DNA from: Microbotryum violaceum
Taxonomy: Eukaryota
Assembly (NCBI GenBank): GCA_001244265.2
Contig: CDLV01000007.1
Coordinates: 1,798,001-1,862,000 of the forward strand
Reading direction: 5' to 3'
Length of the DNA stretch: 64,000 nt
Below the pieces are notes generated by a model. That model was not told where the DNA came from, did no database searches, and saw only the letters and a program-made list of their open reading frames with translations. Positions 1 through 11,150 of the stretch are shown here, piece by piece (the stretch's first letter is position 1; every line of letters starts with the position of its first letter). Both the position numbers and the translations under genes were made by a program.

Positions 1-2785
1 GAGTCAGCTGCGACACCAGCGCCATAAGCTGGGATATCGGGGCTCACCTTTTTGGACGTGGCTTGCGCAGCTGCAATCACCCGTGTGATGGAAGCGACGA
101 ACACCTCGACGAGCAAAGACTCCTCCTCTTCTACGAGCTTGCAGCTTTCTTCGACCTTATCCCCTTCGGCAGGTTGCGTCGCCCTGCCCTTGCCCTTGCG
201 GCCACCCTTGCCCGAGGCGCCCGAGTGGTCGAGGAGCAAAAACTCCATGATGGACTGCCACTCCTGCACAGTGTCGAGATTGTCCCACAAGGCTTCGACC
301 GCGAAAGCGACGCGGCCATGGTGGGTCTTGACATCGGCCATATCGGCCTCCTTGGCGGTGTCGCCATCTCCCGAGGCCTCATCGTCATCCTCGCCATCGT
401 CAATGCCATCGATGGCGTTGCCATACTTGATTAACATCTCCGCCAGGGTCTTGAGTCGGATCTGCTTCTTCGTCTCCTCGGGCACTCCGGACCCCTTCTT
501 TTTGCCCGCGGCGCTCGGTTCTCGTCCGGTAGAGATTTCCTTCTCGCGTTCCGCGACTTCCTCCGTCCAGACCCTGATGAAAAAGTCCGCCGCAGCGCGG
601 CGCACGCGTGGCTCGGTCTCAAAGATGAGCTTGGCAATTTCATCACTCTGATCTTCGTCGAGTAGACCGTAGTCCTCGAGCTGCCGCAAGACTTGAATGG
701 TCTGAACCCGGATCGTTGTATCAACGTCGCCGATCGCCATCTGGACAATCGGCCCCTTGAAGCGCTCGGTGAAATGTTGAACAGCGCCGATATAGGCTTT
801 CTTGGCGTAAAGTGAGAACAGAGCGCGTACAGCCTCGCGGCGTGGCTCCTTGGACTACGACGATCGAACAGACGCCACAACGGTCAATATTGATAGTTCC
901 TTGGCGCTGCGTTTTTGGCCAAAGAATTGACATACCTCATCCGAAAGCACCCAGCCTATGTAGCGCATGTGCATTCCATCAATCCAGTAGTCAGGGTTGA
1001 TCTTGATGAGGACGGAAAACGCGGCAATGCATTCGCTACGGATGCCAGCGTCGGTATCTCGGTATCGATTCACAAATATTCTGAGCAGGGCCGCATTCTG
1101 AGATGGTCAGTGGACACTTTCGTGTGGCAGCAAAGGCCCGACTCACGTATCCCACAACGATTTGATGGTCACTTCAATCTGTTGCTGCTTGTTCTGGATC
1201 GCTTCGACCGTCTTCTTCAGTTCCTTCAGCCGGGTCTTGTCCTTGCGAGCCTTCCTGGTCTCCGCTTCGACTGCTCGGTTCGCCGTCGCGTGCTCCTTCT
1301 TGACCCCCGCATGGGTTGCGCTCAGGCCGGCGACCGAATACATGCCGAAGAGGGTGGCAGTGTGGCGGAACGATCGTATCTTGGAGGATGAAAGGGTGAC
1401 GATCCAAGGTAGTATGACGTTGCTGAAGTCGGACTCGTAAAGAACATCGGACGACGCGGCGGAATGGAAGAGTTTGGAAATGAACGCGGAGAGCGAACCT
1501 CGGAACTTCTTGTACGCCGCCGAGCGAGAAACGACCGGGTATGCCAGACTGGTTTCCTACAAGGAGAAAACTCCAAGGAGGTCAGTGAGACACTCAACGA
1601 GGAGCGCTCATCTTCTCGCCCTACGGTAGCACGCACATTCTTGAACTCGTCCTGGATATCGCTCAACGTCTCGACAACACCATCTTCGTCAACAGCTTGA
1701 TGCTCGTCAACGCTCGAGTTGCAGCCGCAAGACTGATGGGAGACGGGATTGTAGCTCAATCAGCTTTGTTCTGCTCAGCCTTGGCCATCCTGGTAACGAT
1801 CCTAGCCACCACTCACCCTGAGAAGGAAGTTGACCAGCTCGGCCATTGCCGGACCCGGCTCCTCGCTGTACTGCTCGAACCAGTCTTCAACGGTCGTTTC
1901 GAGGGCCGAGTTCCGGTCACGTACAGCATCTGAAAAAGTTCGCAGTTGTTTCGAGAGGAGATACACGTCAAGGTCAGCACAGCACGTCGACTAGTATTGA
2001 AGCGTCGACGAGCTCAAAAACAAGCGGACTGACTAAAGATGGAGTTGTCATCCTTAATCTTGAAGTCGCCTTTCGCCAAAGCACCGAGCGCAAACCCTTC
2101 AGCTTGACCATCTTCGCCTTCAGCAGGAATCTTCTTCTTCCTGGGGGCGCGACGGGCGGAGATCGACGGCTTGCGTTTCGAGGCCGAGCTGGCGACTGCC
2201 AGCTTGGCTGATAATGCCTTCGGCCGGGCTACCCTCTTCTTTCCAGAGCTCTTGAACGCCTCTGCCTCTTCTTCAGACTCCGTCTCACTGGGCATGCTGT
2301 CATCTTCCTCCTCGTTCTCCTCATCCTCATCCTCGGCTTGGGAGTTGAGGTCGCGCTCCGAGATAGACGTGCGCTTGTTCTTGGCTGCGGTGGCCGTTCC
2401 AGCTGTAGCAAAAGTCACTCAAGTCAGTCTAAGTCAATTCTGTGGATTAATGACTGGGGTGAAGTGGGTGTGGCGCAGGCAATAGGCTAGCGAGTGACGT
2501 TGTGCAACGCGGTCTCAATGAACGCGTCCCATCACGCGAAGTCAAGCCATCGACGCGTCCGCAGGGGCAACCAGCCGCCGCCCACGCAGCGTCGGACATT
2601 CATAGTAAGCATCCTCAACCTATTCCCACCCATCGATGAGTACACATGGACCTTACGTTCTGAACACTATCTGTGTCATGTAGAAGACACTCACGCTTCA
2701 GTCGTTCAGGCGCCTTGCGGACGCGACCGGACGCGCGTCGACCACCACCGCCAGGTCCACCTTCATCACCCGATGTACTGCTCAT
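1..2785 (-). CDS. SCC3: Cohesin subunit Scc3/Psc3/STAG, 5' part (multi-exon, continues beyond window start)
   Basis: Exons give MSSTSG..RRASGRVRKAPERL (ATG at 2785, then GTGAGT donor), an acidic region, AMAELVNFLLR-SCGC, the STAG-domain motif SSSKIRSFRHTAT, and the SCD motif FVNRYRDTDAGIRSECI..MRYIGWVLSDE. Confidence 0.9.
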
Positions 2786-3103
2786 GTTCTCGGTCTATCT
2801 TCCAGATATGTCTTGAGGTTATGTATGAACGCCAGGGTGTCGTGTCGATTTTGAGGCCGAGGATGGCTGGAAGGCAAGCCCGGAGCTAGCTTCGCGTGCT
2901 TCCCGACTCGCGGCCCCACGCGCGTGTGGATTGTGCTGTGCCAAACGAATCCGGAAGTGAAGCGGGCTCTTCTGCAGAGCGCTCAACCTGCAGTCCTTAA
3001 CCTCCACCACCCGATCCAATGCACCAAATCATGCTACTTGCTAAAAAAAACAAGCCGCACACCTCGCTGTTCTGCAGACAAGTGCCTCCTTCTGCACTGC
3101 TCG

Positions 3104-6042
3104 TGTAAGGGGATGCCTTACAGAACAGCCCTATAAGTAGCCTCTGACAGGGGTTCTCATAGGATCAGATCAGATCTAATTAACGCGCCCCCGGAGGGGG
3201 CGACGGGTCCCTGAACCTCTGACTGAGTACATAATACCGACTGACAGCCTCAGCTAGTATTACTAAGATGCCATGGATCGGGTATGCAGCATGGCACCGA
3301 CTCGGAGTTCCCGAGTCAGTTCGATTCACATAAATGAGGCGTGTAGATGTGCCAAACGTTAATGAACATGATTGCAGACAACGCGATCGAGCCAAAGTCG
3401 GGGTGTAAATGCATAAGTTGAGATCACTCGACACCGTCCATGTCACAGTCGGCTTCTGGACGAGTAAGTTGTGTTCGCATGTGGTCGTTAGCGCCGGGGA
3501 TCCACATCGCGCGTTCACCGAAGTCAGCCATAAGAAGTGGTCTCAGTTGACGTTGAGAGATCGGGACTTCCGGGAGCGACTTGGGCGCGACCTGCAGTGG
3601 CTAGGCGTGGTGAATGTGTCCACCGCTGAGAGACATGGGAGTCAAATGGCATGGAGTGTCAGTATTCCTCCACAGATCTTTCACAGTGGGAAAAGCGTTG
3701 CAACCCACGATTAGATGCGTTTTTGTCGTTGGCTTGAAACGGTACTGAAAGGCACGAAATTGCTCTCGAGCCTCACTGGTTCCGAGTCCAAACCGAAAGG
3801 ATCAAACGGTGTAATTTGCAGGCGAAGAAAGAATACTAAAAGGACTAAGGTCAAGAGACGCGGCGGCGCCGCGCGCGAGGGCAAGCGTGAGGTCGCAGAG
3901 GTCGGCTAGGACCCCCGAAAGCCCAGCCAGAGGCGCATGCGGAAAAACGCAATTTTATGGCCTTTTTGTCAAAGTTTTTTTACCCTATTTTGGCCCCAAA
4001 ATGTCAAAATTTCGCATGCGCCTCGGAAATATTATCAAAATGTGTTCTACATGCTCCAAAAATCGCTCAAAAGTCCTCGAAAACGCGTTCCGAGCGTTTG
4101 CGGGCGCGCGGCGGCCTATCGAAAGTGGCTCGCGGCGCGCGTCGCTTCGGCTGGTGTTGCGCGTGGCTCCAGGCTTGCAAACAAGCCTTCCTTGCTTTGC
4201 TGGCTGGCTCGCTGCTTCGTTGTCAGACTTCCTTTTTGCTGAAGTTGAGATCCTTGTTTCCGCGGTGGCATTTGTGCGGCTTGCAGAGGTTCTGCCGGCG
4301 GCATCTCGCAGGCCGGGCACGCTCCGAAGGGCGGCAAATCTTTGCTCGGCATGTGCGCTCGTGCTGATTAGGCGCTCGTCCGGGTAACATGAGGTAAGGT
4401 CCGTGGTTGAATGATATGTAGTCGTTGACGGACCTAATGACTCGATGACCTGACGACCATCAATCATGCGGAACGGCATAGTGCCATCAATGAGGTGTGT
4501 GGAATAGCATGTTTTCTTGATGAAGCGAAGCTCCTGTACGACGACATTTGAGAGTAAAACCAACGAGGCGAGCGTGTCTTGGTTGCAGTGGTTTGTTGTC
4601 ACTTTGCTGTAGATGTATCGCACTGTAGGACACAAGACTTGTGTCAAACGAGAACTTCACAGCTCAACAGCCATTCAAGGCATCGTACCAATTCCAATGA
4701 ACAGCACTTCTTCTCCATAGGCAGTTTGATCGCAGCTGATTGAATGCATGCCACGCTTGAGGCCAAAGCAGACCAGAGATCCGATCTCCGATGTTGTGGT
4801 AGTGGTTACAGCTCCGCCGTCAAGCGATCCAAAATGAGGATAGCGTTGTGCTAGTGCTCCGTCTGCTTGTTTCTCCAAACATTAGATCCAGTTGCCTTCA
4901 CTCCTAAATTCAGCAAAAACTCACCTGAATGCGACCATCCTCAGTATAGACATTCTTCTGGATCCTCGTGTGTTGTGAGTGCTCGGGCCATCTGGTCACC
5001 TCCAGTCCAGCAAAAGCTCCTCGTCGTGCCCGCCATGTCTTCGCAGCGAGATGGTCCCATGGACTGTACCAACCCTTTCAAGACGCATGAATGTGCTGTA
5101 CTGCGTCCTTCCTCGGTATTGCTAACCCCTACGCCTGCCTCTCCGCGAGTTGGGTCGCTCGCTTCCATCGGCCTCCCTTGAGTAGAACAGCTTGAGGTGG
5201 CTACACTTATGAGCAGCTTGATGGGCATTCAGGTTGGCCAGTTCAGCGAGAAATTGGTATCGCGAGCATCGACAACTTGAGGCGGAAGTTTCAATTGTGT
5301 GGGCTGTGTAGAACCAAACACGCGTTAGCTTCGACCAAAATTTCGATAGTTGAGCTTGGTGGACGCACGATTGGTCGTCGTGAGAAGCTGTTTGCTTTCT
5401 CAACGGCCTCGAGTAGATGATAAGGTCGAGTACTGGGTGTGCTCGTCTTTGGACAACTCGATGTGAAGAGACACGTCGGCGGGAGCGACATCGAAGGCGA
5501 GGAGCTCGGCGATCGTCATGTTCATGTTGGTGAGCGGCGATAATCAATCGAAGGCATCGTTCAAATAGTAGGCCTGCATGGGATGATGTTGTCGTGCTAT
5601 GCTCCAATCTCGGACCGAAGTGAAGCGGAACGGAACCTGCGCCCCTTCAATATCGAATCGGCCTAATCCCTCACAGCCACTTAACTCAAGTGATTACCGA
5701 AGATGGCTAGTACTAAGTGACTTGTTCAGGCGCGAGCATCGCTAAACGCGTCTCGAAGCGAAGGCGAACGGGCCCAAAGTCATGCCGAAGGTTGCTCAGG
5801 GTAGGCCAAAATTGGGCCGACTCACGGGAAAATGTCAAAATCTGGACATGCGCCTCGGGGGCGAAACGTGTGTTTCGTCCCAAAATGTCAATTTTTTGCA
5901 ATGCGCCTCGACAATTTCCAGGATTTTGGGTCCTCAAAATGTCAAAAAAAAAATAAAAAAAAATGAACGCCTCCGGCTGGGCTTTCGGGGGTCCTGGTCG
6001 GCTCGAGGTCGTCGTGAGGCGTAAGCGGAGCGGCGCCTTACA
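3104..6042. mobile_element. Probable solo LTR (~850 bp) split by the TIR element at 3908-5995
   Basis: Begins TGTAAGG(GGATGCCTTACA) at 3104 and ends GCCTTACA at 6042. Flanking 5-mers do not match (GCTCG/GGTAC), so no TSD. Confidence 0.4.
3908..5995. mobile_element. Non-autonomous TIR DNA transposon (AGGACCCCC family, copy 1), 8-bp TSD
   Basis: ~27-bp TIR AGGACCCCCGAAAGCCCAGCC(A/G)GAGGCG at both ends. Exact TSD GGTCGGCT at 3900-3907 and 5996-6003. Subterminal AAAATGTCAA..ATGCGCCTCG motifs. No transposase ORF recognised. Confidence 0.92.
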
Positions 6043-6900
6043 GGTACCTGCTTGGTCGAGAGACTTGTCCTTGATGCGCCCAAGGCTGTGAGATACCTCG
6101 TCATCGCAACGGTGAGTGTAACTCTGCCGGGTTGACGGTGACGAAGAGGGTGTACATACCGAACGCGTTGACGTTTCCGCGGATCTCATTCCTCATGTCG
6201 AGCATCTGCGCAGTTGTGCCGTGAATTTTGTCTCCGACGCTTTGCAATTCCTCCATAATACGGTTGATATGCTTCTCTGCTTCTGTTGTTGCCTTGTACC
6301 TTTTCGTATCCTTGATCTTTTGATCATTTCGGACACAACAACCATGTCGATTTCGAGCGGTGCTGCTCCGATTCGAGCCACTTTCTCTTTGGGGACCCGA
6401 AAAGCGAGTTGGCGAAACGCTTCTCGTCGGCGGAGCATGTTCGAGACGATGAATGGGAAAGACGGGTCGCATCGAAATCGCTGTCGTATAGATTGAGCAA
6501 ATGGTTGACTTGCTCGTCCAGAGAAACCTTGAGGTTGCGCTCGACACAGAAACCGACGAGACCAAATGGATCGAGGTGTGGCCACAGCTTTGGGAGCACG
6601 AGCTCGTCCGAGGGTTCCCACAAAGGGGCGTCGCCTGTTGGAATGACATAGGTGGGCTTGTCCTGGTTGAGATAACGGAGAGCTTTCTCAAAGAGCAGCG
6701 ATGAGTGAATTGGTTCGTCGGTAGGGGGTGGCGGCACATGGACGTGTTTGAATACTGGTTCATCAGAGTCGTTATGCAGTGCGTTGTTGCGTAGCCTTCA
6801 AAGCTTAAGAGCGATGATGTTGGTTCCACTGTCTCTGCGGTCACCACATTCGCCAAAACTACATCGGGCACGAGACCGTCTCCATCCGCGATTTGTCGAT
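6043..6900 (-). pseudogene. Helitron Rep/helicase fragment (helitron-like N-terminal domain), frameshifted
   Basis: Motifs LWPHLDPFGLVG, DPSFPFIVSNMLRRR and MRNEIRGNVNAFGMYTLFVTVNPAELHSP are spread over different frames. Confidence 0.8.
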
Positions 6901-6949
6901 CCGATACTTGGGGGGCAAGCCAGACGGAAGCCGAAATCGAAGTGAAAGC

Positions 6950-7625
6950 TGATAGTCTTTTCGGCCTTTGCTGCAAGATTTTGACACGGACAGCTCAAGC
7001 GCGCGCATTCTTTGGACCCTGTGCCAGCACGCACTCTTCTCGGCCCCCTTGGGCCTCCCGCCTTGCTCACCCGCTGGCGCGCGCGGGCCCTTCCTCTCCC
7101 TCTCCCTCGTCCTCCCGCACGCCTCAGCATTTCGTGTTGTGGTTCCGGCACCCCCCCTGCCAGTCTCTACTCACCCAAAGTGGGTAACATCCCTCGTAAG
7201 CCCTCTGCCCTTGTTGGACAGTTGGACTGATGAGCTAGCCTGCCACTACGTTGTAAGCAGCCGCCGTACCCGCTGCTTTGCAAGGTCGTATCGCACCCAC
7301 TGCTTAGAGCAAGGGCGAACTTTTCGAGACTCGCACTATCGCGGCTCGCTGTTTCTAGCTAAGGTTCGCATTCCGGATCACGACTGTCCTTGTTGGGCAT
7401 GTTGCCAAATTCCTTGTCCTTGTTGGGCAAGTTGACTCATGGGGCTACCTTGTATACAGACCTCGTTTGGCCGTGTCTACCTCCCGTGTCGCCTTCCTCC
7501 CCTGCCATCGCCCTGCGCTTTTCGAGCAAAGGTATGCCCTATCCCCCAAGTCAGTTGCAGTGTTTAGTTACTAATCGGATCTGCGCTCTTTGAGCAAAGC
7601 CGATCGACCATTCTTTTGAGCTTGG
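6950..7625. repeat. Dispersed repeat; an inverted copy lies at ~59755-60440 inside TIR element copy 2
   Basis: GATAGTCTTTTCGGCCTTTGCTGCAAG...TTTGAGCAAAGCCGAT matches the reverse complement of 59755-60440 closely, with small indels. Confidence 0.9.
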
Positions 7626-8680
7626 AGAGGTTGGGTTGAGCGCACCCGGGTCGGAACTGCGTCGAACGAGCTGTGCAATCGCCATCAAAGGAGACGGCAG
7701 AGTGCGCCGAGTTCTTGCTTTCATTGATCAACCGCCTGAGCATCTTTTGGATCCGACTCTGCTTCACGATCATGGGTCGACACTTGTCCAGCTCCGCAAC
7801 ATCAGCAACATCAGCAACTTTGCCACTCGCGCTTTAGTGCAATTTAGTGCAATTTAGCGCAGTGCACTTTCTATAATAATCTCCGGTGGGTCACTAAATG
7901 ACACTTCAACTCTCCAAAGCCGCTTGCACAGTGATTTTTAGCGAGAGAGGTGATGTCATGTTGCAGCGGGGCTTGAGAAACCGAAAGGAACCGTGTCGTA
8001 ACTAACAACTCGGTCACTATTGAAATGTATCAAAGTAGGAAAGAGACATTAGAGTGTAAATAGGGAAGGTGGGTGGGAAGCTTAAAGGACCGAGAGATCG
8101 CTTTGCGAGGCGTAGCGATCGGGATGATAAGTAACAGGGCAACTATGACAGAGGCACGGCGTAGCATACCTTTGCGAGGCGTAGCGCAGGCGTTCAACAC
8201 AATTGAACGAGCGTCCGGGAAGACTCCGCGGGAGGTAGCCTACGGAATGCTATGCGTTAATTTGGTGCGCCCAACTATAGCGATCTAGGAAAGGGTGAAG
8301 ATCGTACAGAGAGGTCGCGGAGAACTACTGCAGGGCAAGTGAGCTATGAGTACGTCGTGCAACTAGCCGAGCGTATTCTGAACACTTACCTCGAGCGCTT
8401 GGCAGGCGTGCGTGCGTCGAGGGTTTCTGGAGAGCAGCGGGCTGCTGTAAGGTCCTGATGAAGGACTCAGGAGACTACTGAGTGAGCGACGGATGGCTTG
8501 GATGAGGATCCAATGTTGGAGGACCAACTGACCCTTGGCAGAGGGTGGCAGTGCTGGAGCAGCGAGCTGGTCCCAGAACGTGTCGACGGTGCGGAACCGA
8601 GGAGAGGGTAAGCGGCGCGGACGCGAGGCACTCGCAGAGAGGCTGAGGGCTCTGAGGAACTCACGGAGAGATCTACTAGG

Positions 8681-8788
8681 ACGCTGAGCGCTCCGGAGAG
8701 GCTAGGAATACGCTAAGCGCTCCGGAGAGGCTAGGAAATACGCTGAGCGCTCCGGAGAGGCTAGAAAATACGCTGAGCGCTCCTGAGA
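8681..8788. repeat. Tandem repeat, ~30-bp unit x ~3.6 (ACGCTGAGCGCTCCGGAGAGGCTAGGAAAT), possibly in the U3 of a truncated LTR (~7954-8826)
   Basis: Units read directly. The LTR context is inferred only from a TGTCA terminus at 7954. Confidence 0.8.
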
Positions 8789-9668
8789 TCCTGAGAGGCT
8801 AGGATCGGCTGACGCTGAGTCAGGACTAAGCTCGACGCCCCTCCCAAAGGGAGGGGCTTGTGAGTTATCGGCGCGCTTGGCCCAGTTGCCCTCCGAAATT
8901 TCAGGGCCATTTTGGGGTGGTTCTCTGTAACCTGGCAAGTAGGCGCATCCATGCAAAAGTGAAGAACCCTATTTTTCTTTATGCTCTAAGAATGACATAC
9001 CCCAAGTGGCGAGAGCTTTCATAAGCTGTGGGTGGAGCTGCAGCGATCCGAAGTCTGCGATTTCGGTCGATCGGGCCTCAGATGGTCCGAGCGCATCGTG
9101 TAATCGGCGCTCTCATCATCGGCGAGCCTGCTCCGTTCGGCTTGATCCCTTTCCGTACGCTTCGCTGTTCTCCTCTTTTCACGATGATCCGTCGGCCACA
9201 TTAAGCGCGATAATATCTAAAACCAAAAATGACCCGAACAAGCAGACGCCATACCTCATCAACTTTTGCCAGAACAACCGCCGCGAGGCGGATCCGTATT
9301 CGCTGAATTTTGTAGCCGCGATCTCTCGCTATGTCAATACCTGTCGTGGTATTTCAGCCCATCCACACGATTTGAAAGCGTTCAAACACACCGACCAAAG
9401 CTGTTCAACAGCAACTGGTCCAGCCTTAAGCGTGTACTTGATCTCATTCTACGACTGGCACGCGAGGATGGCGCAGAGTCAAGAAGCCGACTCAAACAAG
9501 GACTGGATCGCCGAGCAGGTGGGCAATGCTTCGTACTTCTCGGATTGATTCTCCGGATTCAGTAAAGCTAGTTTATACTTGCCTTATCCGCCTGCAGGCC
9601 GACTCAATCATCATGAAAGAGATGAAGCGTGAGTGTTTCTGACCCTAGCTCGGCTGGGTATCGCAGCG

Positions 9669-9934
9669 TGTTGCAACAAGGACTAAGAGGTACTCCACGA
9701 GTCAGCTCCGAGATACACGAGTGAGATGATGAGAATAGCGTGGCTTTGCAGTAACTAAACTAAGAGGTACTCCACGACTCAGCTCCGAGATACACGAGTG
9801 AGATGATGAGAATAGCGTGGAGAAGGAACCCAGAAGGAAAAAAGACGCAAAGACAAAGATAGGCGCGCGCGCAGAATAAAGTATTAACCAAGACTAATAG
9901 CAATGAGTTAGGCTCTCAGACCCCACTTCTAACA
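9669..9934 (-). mobile_element. Solo LTR (266 bp) of the copia family at 47658-55752
   Basis: TG...CA ends, 5-bp TSD CAGCG (9664-9668 and 9935-9939), near-identical to the reverse complement of 47658-47923. Confidence 0.95.
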
Positions 9935-9982
9935 CAGCGAACTGACACCAAAAATCAACACGCTGGCCGCAGCTTTACCGCA

Positions 9983-10520
9983 GTGTCATGGGTCAGATCG
10001 AATTCGCTTGCAACCGAAGGAACAACGCCATGCAGCATCGCAACGGTTCTCATGACTCTCGCATGTGGAGCGAACGACCGATTGACAACATTTCTGTACG
10101 ATTGCGGCTTGACGACTGACATCTTGCTGGGCGACTCTCCAGGCAGCTGCCAGCTTGACGAAGGCGAATTGAAGGAGATTGGCTCGAACAAGTACTTCCA
10201 TGTGACCATTGACAACATCGACGTCACACATCACGTCAACGATCGGCAATTGGATCGACGAACCGAGCTGCTTCATGGAACTTTTGGTTACGCCCACATT
10301 CAGAACGGAGATATTGCCGGCGCTTACAACCTTCGAGCCTACTCTGCACATCAAGCGTCTTTGCCGCGAGTCAATCTCCAGCATCTCCTCCCAGCTCCCC
10401 AATCCGACTCGTCATTTACAACCGGGATCAAAGCCCAGATATATCGAGCGCTTGCTCGACTGGTTCCTCATCTTGGCCTCAGTCTTCGCGGTCCTCAATG
10501 CACACCACCCCTGTCCGGGC
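9983..10520 (+). pseudogene. Academ-type (DUF6589-like) transposase fragment
   Basis: YFHVTIDNIDVTHHVNDRQLDRRTELLHGTFGYAH resembles the DN..H....HGTxGYxH block of rust-fungal DUF6589 proteins. Confidence 0.65.
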
Positions 10521-10869
10521 AACTTGACGCGCTCTCGAAAGGACTCCTTCAAGATCACCTTTGCCCAATCTGCATTGTTGATATGCATTTAAGGAGACTT
10601 GAGACGCAGCAAACAGGAAGGCAAATCAACACATGTGTACTTCACTCAAACAGGAGGTCAACCGGCACATACGATCAGAATGAAGGAGATCGTGTGATTG
10701 GGGTCGTCCAACTGCCTGTACAGCTCGCCGTCTCTCCAGGTCTTCTCAGATACCACAACCGCTGTCTTTTCCTTTCGATTGAGATTGGCAGCCTGAAAGA
10801 AGCATGTGACTGCGGAAATCAGCACGGATGTCGGTCCCGCAAGCCCAGTCGACAGAAAAACTCACCGGA

Positions 10870-11150
10870 TGATTGCTCAGTGCATTTAGTGGACTGACAA
10901 CAATGCTGACGGCCCGGCGTCCATAAATGAGATACATTGCTTCGAAAATAACACTTTTGCCTAAATTTGTTGGCGCTGTGACAAACACAGCGTCATATCG
11001 ATCCCGGTTCCCAAATTGGTCGAGTTTGAAAAGTACAGCAATGGCCTCGATCTGCACGGGCCGGGGGTACGTCCTCCGAGTCGTCAAGACTTTCGCCCAG
11101 AATGACTTTGACCTTCTTGCGTCATTCGCTGGAATTCGTCCGTCCTCGTG
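10870..11150 (-). pseudogene. RecQ-like SF2 helicase N-terminal fragment
   Basis: YPRPVQIEAI (Q motif), DAVFVTAPTNLGKSVIF (Walker A) and SIVVSPLNAL (motif Ia). Confidence 0.8.

Noticed and set aside
3186-3202. Hairpin CGCCCCC-GGA-GGGGGCG as a Helitron 3' end
   Set aside because: No properly placed CTRR|T on either strand; it lies inside the probable LTR.
8681-8788. CRISPR-like array
   Set aside because: Contiguous tandem units with no unique spacers, eukaryotic context and no cas genes.
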